From Candidatus Melainabacteria bacterium 17Bon1m (GTDB taxonomy: Bacteria > Cyanobacteriota > Vampirovibrionia > Obscuribacterales > Obscuribacteraceae), in NCBI GenBank assembly GCA_032128875.1, contig JAVLKG010000003.1, forward strand, positions 760,974-824,973: 64,000 nucleotides of DNA, written 5' to 3'. The notes under the pieces are model-generated. The model made no database searches. It saw nothing but the letters and a program-made list of their open reading frames with translations, and had not been told where the DNA came from. Numbering within the stretch: position 1 is the stretch's first letter; each line of letters opens with the position of its first letter. Of the stretch, positions 1 to 8,589 are shown piece after piece. The position numbers and the translations under genes were made by a program.

Positions 1-1923
1 CAGTCGACGCAGACTGCCGAGACTGCGAATCGCTGCGCGCGACAGGCGGCAGTCCTGAAGATCTAGGTGTCGCAGATGCACTGCATTGGCGAGCGCATCT
101 ATCAACTGTTTATCTATAGACGGATACATTTGCACGCCCAATGATTCAAGATTTGGGATAGACGCGATCTTTTGATAGTCAGCCTTTGTCAGTTCGCAAT
201 TGCGGATGCTCAATTTACGCAGCTTCTTGGATTTTGTGAGCGCGTCGAGAATCTGTTCTACGTAAGGCATTTCTCCCAGCTTGAGCACTTCCACTTGCTG
301 GAGAAGCGGTGAGCCGCTCAACTCTGAAGGCGGCAGTGTTGTCGACATGAAGGCAAGCGACCTGAGTTTTGTCAATTTCCCCAGGGCTTTGAGGTCGTGC
401 TTGTTGAAATGAACGTTTTCAAAAGAGAGTTCATCCAGCTGTTCAAAACGTGCAAGATCTTGCAGTGCATTCTTGAACTGATCTCCGCAACTGTCAAACC
501 TGATTGCCTTTAGCTCGTCATTGCCAAATCGCATAAACGCTGCCGGACACGACTCGAAAATCATAGGAGCAGGTCTGAATTTCCATGGTCCGTACCAGGG
601 GACTGTTTTTTCTCCCCGTGCTTCTATTGCGTTTGATTTCGAATCGACGAGCATACCAATGCGGGTGCTCGGAAATTCATACTTCCGAATCACCTGTCCT
701 TCCTCCATATGAGTGGACCTGAAGAAAGGCTCCGTGGACGTATCTGGCGGCGATGTAAGTCGCCGTTCTTCTATCGTTTCTACGAAGGGCGACGCATGGA
801 AGCGCGTGGAGTCGCTGACATATTCGGCGCGCTGGATGTGATGCGGGGTTTGGTTGACCTGCATGGTTGAAAAAATCGCTATGCCAAGACCGAAAAAAAG
901 CACTGTTGCCACAATCGCAAACATCTTCAGGAAATCATTGTCAGATTTCCCCCTGGATTTTGGCTTGATTCGCAACTGCGAACTCAGCTTTAGTCGCATC
1001 AAATTTTCTGCGACCTGGCTTGCCGATGTATAGCGCTGTTGCGGGTCTTTCGCCAACATGGTCAACACAATATCCTGCAGCGCCTCGGGAAAATCTCTGC
1101 CAAGCGAAGCTTCCTTAAGTGACGGAATCGCCCCGGACGTGTGTAGTTGCTTAGCCTCCTCCAACGTCGAGCAGGGAAACGGCGGGCGCGCTGTGATCGC
1201 TTCGAATAGCGCGCAGCCCATCGAGTATATGTCGCTCTTCTGATCTGTTTTCTTTGGAGTAAACTGCTCGGGGCTAACGTACTGAGGATTTACGTTGGAA
1301 CGAATGAATTTTGCTTGCGGTTTGCGCCCCCCTTCGCTCAATTTGCCGGTCGCAAAATCCAACAGCTTGCAGCTCCAATTTCCCTGCTCGCCGACCAGCA
1401 AAATATTGCTTGGTTTGACATTGCGATGAACAATGCCCTTCTCATGGGCATCTTGGAGTGCCCAGGCAAGGGAAAGAAAAACGCCGAAAACGTCGTCGTA
1501 TGTAAGTCGACCGCACCGCTGCAAGTAGTCGGCTAGCGATTTACCTTCGGTGTATTCGCTGACATAGAACGGCTGTTCGCCTTCGTGGACACCGTAATCT
1601 GCTAGTTTGGCAGTATTTGGATGGTCAAGGAGTGAGACAGCTTTTGCATCGTCTTGAAAGCGCTGTATTTGGCTATCGCTAAATTCGGGTTCAAATAATT
1701 TGAGCGTAAACACTTTCTGCTTAGTTGTATGCTCGACCTTGTAAACGACGGCAAGCTCGCTTTTGCCGAGCGTCGATATTACTTTGTATTTGTCGTCGAT
1801 AAGAGTCCCTGGTTCGAGCGCATCCAATTCCGGAACCTCAACGAGTTCGTCTGAATTAGAGTCTCGAAATAGCTTCGGCTCCGTCGATTTAGCAAGTTTT
1901 TTCTGCGGGGTTCCTTCGGGCAC
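1..1923 (-). CDS. Ser/Thr pseudokinase with TM helix and C-terminal LRR region (3' end runs off the window)
   Basis: Not in the ORF track (no stop in window). Hand translation from GTG at 1923, with AGGAG RBS at 1930-1934: VPEGTPQ...IDDKYKVISTLGKSELAVVYK...HRNVKPSNILL...DFATG...YVSPEQF...SDIYSMG, then TM MFAIVATVLFFGLGIAIF and LRR-like LRHLDLQDCRLS. Clear paralog of 2066..4132. Confidence 0.85.
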   Translation of the reverse strand, partial: MPEGTPQKKLAKSTEPKLFRDSNSDELVEVPELDALEPGTLIDDKYKVISTLGKSELAVVYKVEHTTKQKVFTLKLFEPEFSDSQIQRFQDDAKAVSLLDHPNTAKLADYGVHEGEQPFYVSEYTEGKSLADYLQRCGRLTYDDVFGVFLSLAWALQDAHEKGIVHRNVKPSNILLVGEQGNWSCKLLDFATGKLSEGGRKPQAKFIRSNVNPQYVSPEQFTPKKTDQKSDIYSMGCALFEAITARPPFPCSTLEEAKQLHTSGAIPSLKEASLGRDFPEALQDIVLTMLAKDPQQRYTSASQVAENLMRLKLSSQLRIKPKSRGKSDNDFLKMFAIVATVLFFGLGIAIFSTMQVNQTPHHIQRAEYVSDSTRFHASPFVETIEERRLTSPPDTSTEPFFRSTHMEEGQVIRKYEFPSTRIGMLVDSKSNAIEARGEKTVPWYGPWKFRPAPMIFESCPAAFMRFGNDELKAIRFDSCGDQFKNALQDLARFEQLDELSFENVHFNKHDLKALGKLTKLRSLAFMSTTLPPSELSGSPLLQQVEVLKLGEMPYVEQILDALTKSKKLRKLSIRNCELTKADYQKIASIPNLESLGVQMYPSIDKQLIDALANAVHLRHLDLQDCRLSRAAIRSLGSLRRL

Positions 1924-1996
1924 GACGAACTCCTGACGCCAATACGACTATTGTAGGAGCTTGGCAGGCAACCGCCAAGGACGCTTTGCTCATCGA

Positions 1997-2087
1997 CTAA
2001 TCCGAAAACCACAGGTTGTTTATTTGAAAACCACGTGATTGTTTATTTGAACACCACGCGAAACTTTATCTGAATACGACTCGACAG
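1997..2087. repeat. Degenerate 23-bp tandem repeat (3 clear copies plus 1 weak) overlapping the kinase stop codon
   Basis: Units start at 2019 (tttatttgaaaaccacgtgattg), 2042 (tttatttgaacaccacgcgaaac) and 2065 (tttatctgaatacgactcgacag); a weaker copy starts at 1997. Confidence 0.75.
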
Positions 2088-4132
2088 TTCGGTAGCGAAT
2101 CGACAATGAATTTGCGGTCTGCCGCTGAGAACTTATGACCTGTCAAAATGAGCGTCTTCAGATTTTGCATTTTTACCAATGCAGGGTAAGTTTCTGCGCG
2201 CAAAAAACAATGCTGAAGATCTATCCACTCTAATGTTTTTGAATGGGATAAACCGTTAAACGCATCAGGTCCCATTTCTGGTGAGTCGATTTCTATCCTT
2301 GCCAGTTTTGGAAGCTGGGCTAGCTTCTCGTACTCTTTCTCGGACATAACGCAAAATCTGAATTTCAAACTATCCAAATCCCCGCCCTGAAGAGCGTCGA
2401 GTAAGTTTGCCATTTTCGGCATTTGCCCAATGGACAATTTCCGTAGCCTTTTCAAACCCTTATACTTTGCCAAACCGGCCGCAGTCACGTCAGTAGTTAC
2501 GACTGAAAGTGATCGAAGGTGCGGCAGTGGGTCTAAATATCTAATCCCTGCGTCATTGAAGTCTGAATCTTCAAACGAAAGTTCTTCCAAAAATTTATAC
2601 GAACGCAAGTGCATTAGTGCGTCGTACTGGCACTCTGTTTCACGCGCAAAAAGTATCGACGCTATTTCATCATCTTTAAATTTATCGAATAAGCCAGGAT
2701 AGGCACTAACAACATCTTTTGTGGGTTTGAAAACCATGGGTCCTCGCCAGGGAATTTCAACGAGCCCTTTGGCGTCGTATGTCTGTTCGCTATCGCGATT
2801 TTGCAGTGCTCCGATCGACTTCTTTGGAAAATTGAAAATCCTGATGGTTTTTCCTTTTTCTTCTTTTACCCTCGTGCAAAACGGCTTTGATGTGTCTAGC
2901 TCGAGCGGTGGTGGTTCTTCCATGCCGTAAAGACCTTTCTCCGCAATTATCGAAGAACGATCACCTCTGAATCCTTCTACGGTGCTCGCTAATTCCGGCA
3001 CTTTAGCAACGCGACTTTCGTCTTGCAGCAGTATCCAGAAATAGATCGCAAAGCCTGTTGCAATCAGAGCGATAGTGCCAAGAATGTAATTTGCAAGAGT
3101 CGGACCATTCTTATTCTGCTCAAACATCTTCTCATCGTGCGCGGAGATCATTAGCTGAGCTCCTTGCTTCAGGCGTATCAGATTTCCGGCAACTTGCCTT
3201 GCTGAAGCGAAACGTTGATCAGGCTTTTTGGCTAGCATCGAGTGAACGATTCGCTCTAAATCAGCGGGAAACTCTTGCCCCATCGTCGCTTCTTTAAGAG
3301 TTTGAGGTTCTTGGTTGAGGTGCATGCCGATTGTTTCGATCGCCGATGCTCCAGGGAAAGGAGGTCCACCGGTGATTGCTTCGAACATCGTGCAACCAAG
3401 CGAGTAAATGTCACTGCGTCGATCGACTTTGCCGGCGCTGCATTGCTCGGGGCTCATGTATAGAGGGCTTCCGACGATTTCCCCGGTTTGTGTGAGAGCG
3501 GTTTTTTCATCGATGAGTTTTGCAATTCCAAAATCCAAAAGCTTTGGTTGCCACTGTCCCTGTTTTCCCACTAGCATGATGTTGCTGGGTTTGACGTCTC
3601 GATGCACAATCCCTTCTTCATGAGCGTCTTGCAGTCCCATGCATAACGGAATAAACACGGTAAAAATTTCTTCGTAAGATAATGGTCCATTTTTCTTCAG
3701 GTGCTCTTCGAGGCTAATTCCCTCGACAAGTTCCATCACGAAATATGGCGTGGAAAAATCAATCACGCCGAAATCGCTCACTCTGACAATGTTTGGATGA
3801 TCTAGCTTTGAAGTCGCTTTGGCTTCTGTTTGAAATCGCCGCGCTTGGTTTTCGTTGAAATTACCACCAAAGGTTTTTAGCGCAAATTCTTTCTTGAGGA
3901 AAATCTGCTCGACTTTGTAGACAGCACCCATGCCACCTTTGCCGATAAGCGAGATAACACGGTACTTTGTGTCGATTATGGTGCCTGGTGCAAAGACAGA
4001 TGCTTCTGTTTGCTTTGTGCCAAAAAGCGTTATTTCTTCATGCGTAGGACTTTTGTCTGCAAGCTGATTTTCCGCTTGCAGTACAGGTATTTCCGAACTT
4101 TCGCTCGTGGTCTGGGGATTCTGTTCGGACAC
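2066..4132 (-). CDS. Hanks-type Ser/Thr protein kinase with TM helix and extracytoplasmic leucine-rich repeats
   Basis: GKGGMG loop, FALK, HRDVKPSN, DFG, GSPLYMSPEQ, SDIYSLG; TM ILGTIALIATGFAIYFWILL; LxxLxxL repeats (LPHLRSLSV, LKRLRKLSI). Confidence 0.95.
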   Translation of the reverse strand: MSEQNPQTTSESSEIPVLQAENQLADKSPTHEEITLFGTKQTEASVFAPGTIIDTKYRVISLIGKGGMGAVYKVEQIFLKKEFALKTFGGNFNENQARRFQTEAKATSKLDHPNIVRVSDFGVIDFSTPYFVMELVEGISLEEHLKKNGPLSYEEIFTVFIPLCMGLQDAHEEGIVHRDVKPSNIMLVGKQGQWQPKLLDFGIAKLIDEKTALTQTGEIVGSPLYMSPEQCSAGKVDRRSDIYSLGCTMFEAITGGPPFPGASAIETIGMHLNQEPQTLKEATMGQEFPADLERIVHSMLAKKPDQRFASARQVAGNLIRLKQGAQLMISAHDEKMFEQNKNGPTLANYILGTIALIATGFAIYFWILLQDESRVAKVPELASTVEGFRGDRSSIIAEKGLYGMEEPPPLELDTSKPFCTRVKEEKGKTIRIFNFPKKSIGALQNRDSEQTYDAKGLVEIPWRGPMVFKPTKDVVSAYPGLFDKFKDDEIASILFARETECQYDALMHLRSYKFLEELSFEDSDFNDAGIRYLDPLPHLRSLSVVTTDVTAAGLAKYKGLKRLRKLSIGQMPKMANLLDALQGGDLDSLKFRFCVMSEKEYEKLAQLPKLARIEIDSPEMGPDAFNGLSHSKTLEWIDLQHCFLRAETYPALVKMQNLKTLILTGHKFSAADRKFIVDSLPNCRVVFR

Positions 4133-4138
4133 TTCGTA

Positions 4139-5263
4139 TTACTGAACTACACGACCGCCTACATCTTCGAGGCTCTTTTTCAGAATCGCTACGCGATCCT
4201 TGCCTGACGGGCTGTGGTCTTCGATCCAATCGCCGAGAGCATCAATCGATGTCGCACGCACAAACGATGTTTCAAGCTGAAGGTGTCCTTGCTTTCCTCG
4301 CCAGCAGAGAGTTTGATCGTCCGACGGAACATTCATCATGAAGTCTGTGACGTGCACCGGTGCTACGCATCCATCGACGCTACCCTGGATGATGAGGAGA
4401 GGCAGGTGCGGTCCGAGCAATTTTCCAAGCTTGGCTGTTTTATCAACAAAATCGTCTGTGGCGAGCAAATCTTTGAGACCTAGCTCTGTGACCATGAGCG
4501 GGTCGCTCAGCAATTCGTCCACAACTTCTTTGCGCGGACATACCAGCTTAGTGAGGAAGCCATGCAATTTGACCTTGTGGTTTTTGGTGACCAGCGACGC
4601 CAACCCTGCCGTTATGTCACTTGGTGAAAGGTACATCTTCGGGTTCACCTTGATCGCCGGTGCGGACAAAACTAGTCCGTCTACCAGGTCACTATGCTCT
4701 CCGGCAATTTTGACGCAGAAAGTGCAGCCAAGACTTTCGCCGAGCAAAATGATCGGCTTTCCTGCGTATTTTGTGCGCGCAGCTTGTACGATTTTGACGA
4801 TATCTTCGTTGCTTTTGTTGTGCGCGACCTTGTGATGGTCGTCGCCGGGCGGGCTAAACTGATTTCCGTTGTCGTAGTGGCAGCGCCCGAATCCGCGCAT
4901 GTCCATGGCGATGAAACCAATGCCGCTGACCGCCATTGTGCGGGCGAGAACTCTGTATCGACGTCCGTGAAGCGTCAAGCCGTGAATGCCGATGATGATG
5001 GCTTCAGGCTCTTTGTCTGCAGGCATCCATTCATAGGTCGGCAGACCCGAAATCTTGGTGAATTCGCCGTCTTCTGAATACTTGAATTTTGCGAGGATAT
5101 CTCTGCTGACGGCATCCTCTGTCTGGGTGGGAATTGTGAATTCCGCGGCATTGGCAGTGCCCGAGAATTGCACCGTTGGTATGGCGAAAAGGCTCAAAAG
5201 AGCTGCTGTGACTGCCTTTACCCTGGATTTCGCGCCTGTTCTGTTCATCATTAATCCGTCCAT
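4139..5263 (-). CDS. Secreted alpha/beta hydrolase (lysophospholipase/monoacylglycerol lipase-like)
   Basis: Signal-peptide-like N-terminus, IHGL, DMRGFG, nucleophile elbow GESLG, Asp in DGCV, His in GHL. Confidence 0.85.
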   Translation of the reverse strand: MDGLMMNRTGAKSRVKAVTAALLSLFAIPTVQFSGTANAAEFTIPTQTEDAVSRDILAKFKYSEDGEFTKISGLPTYEWMPADKEPEAIIIGIHGLTLHGRRYRVLARTMAVSGIGFIAMDMRGFGRCHYDNGNQFSPPGDDHHKVAHNKSNEDIVKIVQAARTKYAGKPIILLGESLGCTFCVKIAGEHSDLVDGLVLSAPAIKVNPKMYLSPSDITAGLASLVTKNHKVKLHGFLTKLVCPRKEVVDELLSDPLMVTELGLKDLLATDDFVDKTAKLGKLLGPHLPLLIIQGSVDGCVAPVHVTDFMMNVPSDDQTLCWRGKQGHLQLETSFVRATSIDALGDWIEDHSPSGKDRVAILKKSLEDVGGRVVQ

Positions 5264-5466
5264 TAACTGACCGCGGGCCCCAAGTGCCCGGCTCTTTCCA
5301 GCCCCACCGCGTTAGCGTAGCGTGTTTTAACCTGATCATGATTAAACAGAGTTTTGAAAAACTGCGCCAGTGTTGGCAAAAGGCTAAATCATTTGGTGCT
5401 TGATAACGTCCTCCTATTTAGGTTGGGTATAGTTGAGCCATCAGTTTCTAAACCAGGAGCCCAAAT

Positions 5467-6189
5467 ATGGGATTCGAAGTATCCAACCTCAAAGAAAACT
5501 CGTTTTACGCGCTCGACACCCTAAAAGAATCTTGGGTTTTGACGGTTAAACAGTTTTTTCCGCTCTTCATCGGCTGGTTTTTGACCCTGGGCGGTCCGGT
5601 TTTGCTGACTTGCATACTTTCTGCGGCTGGCTGGGGAGTTGATAAATTCATCCTCGGCTTTCCGAAGGGCGGACCGTTTGCGCTTGTGGGATTGCTGGTC
5701 GGTGTTTTGACCATCGGTGGATTTTGGGCAGGCTGGGCAAAAATCGCTCTCAAGATTACCCGCAACATCCCAACCAAGATGAGCGATGTCCTTTGCTCAC
5801 CTGGACAAATGCTTGCAGGATTGATCGCGCTTTCGCTTTCCACAATCGCTATTGGTCTTACAGGTTGGCTGGTCATTCCTGCAGCTCTTCTCTTCCTGAA
5901 GTGGCAACTGACTCCATATTTCATCGTTGATCAAAACTGCGGTCCAATCGAAGCTTTGAGAAAAAGTTGGCATGCAACCAGTGATGGAATTTTTATTCCG
6001 CTTGCCGTGCTCGATTTGATTTTCTTTGGGCTGAGCACCGCCAGTAGTGCTTTGTTTGTTGGGCCGATCATCTGTCACATGGCGCTCGCCGTCGCATCAG
6101 CCATCGTTTACGCCCGCTGGCTGACTGATGAAGAAGCTCCATTCAACAGAGCCGATTTGCTCGAAGAACACCATGAAGTGGTACGGTAA
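5467..6189 (+). CDS. Integral membrane protein, hypothetical
   Basis: 240 aa with about 5-6 hydrophobic segments, a GPIEALRKSW motif and an AGGAG RBS. Confidence 0.8.
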   Translation: MGFEVSNLKENSFYALDTLKESWVLTVKQFFPLFIGWFLTLGGPVLLTCILSAAGWGVDKFILGFPKGGPFALVGLLVGVLTIGGFWAGWAKIALKITRNIPTKMSDVLCSPGQMLAGLIALSLSTIAIGLTGWLVIPAALLFLKWQLTPYFIVDQNCGPIEALRKSWHATSDGIFIPLAVLDLIFFGLSTASSALFVGPIICHMALAVASAIVYARWLTDEEAPFNRADLLEEHHEVVR

Positions 6190-6195
6190 TCGACC

Positions 6196-6738
6196 TTGAA
6201 TAGGGAAGCACGCGCCGAACGAATCAGGATTTTTTCGGAGAAGATCGAAGCTTTACGAAGTGAAGCGAAAGCAGCTTGGGAGATGGGGGACGACAGTAAA
6301 GCGAGCCGACTTCTGGTCTCTACATGGGAGTTTCAAAAGAGAGTGGCGAAGCTGCAATGTGTTGTGCCGCCGACAGAGCCGGAGAATGCGGCATTCCTTT
6401 TCAAAGGACCTTTGGCTCAAAAGAAGATTGACGCCGCGAAGAATGAGGCTCTGGCTTGGAGAAATCGTGCCCTAATGGCACGCAAGCAAAGTGATGAAGG
6501 ACTCGTAAATCAGGCGCTCGGATACATGTGGAGGTTTCAGACTCAAGTAGCCAAAATGCAAGGGAAAGAACCTCCGGACAGACCCGCCGACATTCCTCTC
6601 TCTTTGTTCGACGAGGATGACTCTGACCCACCGTGGAGGCCTTACGATCCGTCAAGAGTTCCCAAAGTTCCGTTGCCGTCATCTGGTGCAGGTGAAGTAG
6701 CGCTGCCGCTTCCAGAAGAAGATTGGGATACGCAGTAA
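6196..6738 (+). CDS. Hypothetical protein with a duplicated PspA/IM30-like helical segment and a Pro-rich tail
   Basis: Internal repeat W(E/R)FQ..VAK(L/M)Q...PP..P; WRNRALMARKQSDEGLVNQAL resembles the PspA hairpin motif. Confidence 0.6.
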   Translation: MNREARAERIRIFSEKIEALRSEAKAAWEMGDDSKASRLLVSTWEFQKRVAKLQCVVPPTEPENAAFLFKGPLAQKKIDAAKNEALAWRNRALMARKQSDEGLVNQALGYMWRFQTQVAKMQGKEPPDRPADIPLSLFDEDDSDPPWRPYDPSRVPKVPLPSSGAGEVALPLPEEDWDTQ

Positions 6739-6777
6739 GATGGCTTTAGCGAGAAGAAGAGACGGCTTGACCACCGA

Positions 6778-7509
6778 TTAAAAAGGCGCGCTATCATAGC
6801 CATCAAAGTGATTTGATTCCCCGTTGAGAAACTTTTTGATGTTGTAGTTACGGTTATTTTGTGGTTTTTTGAAACCTCTGCCGAGTGGAAGCATCATTTC
6901 GGGTGACGCTTTAGCCTCTCGTATGCGCAATGGTCCGAGTGCTTTTTGCTGGTTGGCTTTGCCGGGATAGGGGTCTTCAAGAAACACATCTCTTGGAGTA
7001 AAGAAAAAGCGATATTCACGCTGTAAAGCTTGCTTCGTAGTTGTCTGTGGTGTTTCGTGATTGCAACTTAAATAAATTGCCTGGAAGACAGCGGCATTGA
7101 ATGGCTTATCCTCGCTGAGATTCCGTACCACAAATCCAACGAGTCGATTTTCGTGGGTGACTCGATATTTAACTTCGCAGCATAGTTGATCAGAAAGATT
7201 TAGACCTGTTGTAGTCTGTTTAAGCTTTGACCTAAGAATATTCATCATCGCGATTGATTCGTATGTTGATGGCGTGATCACGTCTATTGGCGATGATTCG
7301 AACTGATAACGTGTTACACGTTGCTCATTGTAGGTTGCAGGCGGTGGATCACAAAAACACGGATATCTGTCCTTCGGGATTTTTTGTGCCCAAGCCGGTT
7401 CGACTGAGTCGAGCTGATCAAAGGCCTTAAACTCTTTGGCGCAGGCCTCGGTTGAGCACAATTGTATGTGTATTAGGAATAGAACGGACAATTTGCTTTG
7501 TAAGTTCAT
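6778..7509 (-). CDS. Secreted hypothetical protein, possible TonB/TolA C-terminal-like domain
   Basis: Signal-like N-terminus; CEVKYRVTHENRLVGFVVRNLSEDKPFNAAVFQAI resembles the TonB_C pattern. Confidence 0.55.
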   Translation of the reverse strand: MNLQSKLSVLFLIHIQLCSTEACAKEFKAFDQLDSVEPAWAQKIPKDRYPCFCDPPPATYNEQRVTRYQFESSPIDVITPSTYESIAMMNILRSKLKQTTTGLNLSDQLCCEVKYRVTHENRLVGFVVRNLSEDKPFNAAVFQAIYLSCNHETPQTTTKQALQREYRFFFTPRDVFLEDPYPGKANQQKALGPLRIREAKASPEMMLPLGRGFKKPQNNRNYNIKKFLNGESNHFDGYDSAPF

Positions 7510-7513
7510 TGAC

Positions 7514-8059
7514 TCACTCGCTTTTTACTGGTCCAGTGTAGTTTGTTGGATCGATGTCGTCGGTGCCTAAAGGTTCTCCCGGCATAGGATTTCGCCAATC
7601 AAATTTGTAGTGAGTGATTTTTTTGATGTGCGTCTTGGTCGAACCTTCGGGAAACTTGGTGAAACTACTTCGTTGCATGGAATCTGCCGCAGATCTGACG
7701 ATGCTTCTGAAAACCTCTGACTGAGGTCCATCAATTTGAAGAACTAAAATTCGTCCATCATCTTGGATTCGCCAGTGCACCTTGCAGTAAAAACTTCGTT
7801 CCACATCCCGCGGACCAAGACGAAGTAAGTCTTGCTTGATTCGATTGAACAATTCATCGGCTATTGCTTTATTCCAGGCCTTCCATGCGGCTGTTTCCGA
7901 TTCTTTCCCCGCTGATTGCGCTGCGTTTGTCTCCGGAGTTGGAACTGCGCCGTTCGCGAGCAGTTGTGCTTTAGCGCTCGTTATCGGCGGCTGCACCAAT
8001 AAGAAAAGCAAAACAATGGCGTAGCAGCTATTCCTCATTTGTTGCCTTTTTTCTTCCAC
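7514..8059 (-). CDS. Secreted hypothetical protein, TonB C-terminal-like (start may be the second Met, near 8038)
   Basis: Signal peptide; W..W...IA.ELF.RIK, CKVHWRIQDDGRI, KFPEGST; paralog of 8035..8550. Confidence 0.65.
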   Translation of the reverse strand: MEEKRQQMRNSCYAIVLLFLLVQPPITSAKAQLLANGAVPTPETNAAQSAGKESETAAWKAWNKAIADELFNRIKQDLLRLGPRDVERSFYCKVHWRIQDDGRILVLQIDGPQSEVFRSIVRSAADSMQRSSFTKFPEGSTKTHIKKITHYKFDWRNPMPGEPLGTDDIDPTNYTGPVKSE

Positions 8060-8550
8060 TGCGGTTTGTACATGGTGGCATCAAAATCACCAAATCGCGT
8101 CCATTGTGTTTGCAATCCAACCCCAAATTCAGAGATTTTTTCAACATATTCTCTGGTTGATCCGCTTGGAAATTTTACCAGGGGAATAAACTTCATGGAA
8201 TCAACTGCGATCCTTACTGCTTCTTGGACTAATAATGACTCTGTGTCTTTAATCTCCTTTAGAGAAACATTTCCGTCTTTGCAAACACACCAAATCACTT
8301 TGACATGAAAATGGCTCTCTTCCTTTGATCTGCCGAGTTTCGACACTTCCAATTTGATTCTGGTGAAGAGCTCTTCGGCTAGACTTTTATGCCATTCATC
8401 CCAGATTTCTTTGCTTGGTTCAGTTGAATTCGCAGCAGGCCGATCTGTGGTCGATGTAATTTCATCTGCAAATACTGCGAGACATTGCATTTGCAACGCA
8501 GAAAACGACAGAAGAATTGCTGTATCCAGAATCCATAGCTTCATACGCAA
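8035..8550 (-). CDS. Secreted hypothetical protein, TonB C-terminal-like
   Basis: Signal peptide; WDEWHKSLAEELFTRIK, VKVIWCVCKDGNV, KFPSGST; paralog of 7514..8059. Confidence 0.65.
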   Translation of the reverse strand: MRMKLWILDTAILLSFSALQMQCLAVFADEITSTTDRPAANSTEPSKEIWDEWHKSLAEELFTRIKLEVSKLGRSKEESHFHVKVIWCVCKDGNVSLKEIKDTESLLVQEAVRIAVDSMKFIPLVKFPSGSTREYVEKISEFGVGLQTQWTRFGDFDATMYKPQWKKKGNK

Positions 8551-8589
8551 CTAGACCTCACTCCCATTATAGGCTGTGTGTCTCAATCA

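Noticed and set aside
521..2012. Short ORF-track entries in the first 2 kb
   Set aside because: They are explained by the minus-strand pseudokinase gene that covers this region.
1997..2087. Possible mini-CRISPR array
   Set aside because: The units are contiguous with no unique spacers, they overlap a gene end, and there are no cas genes in the window.
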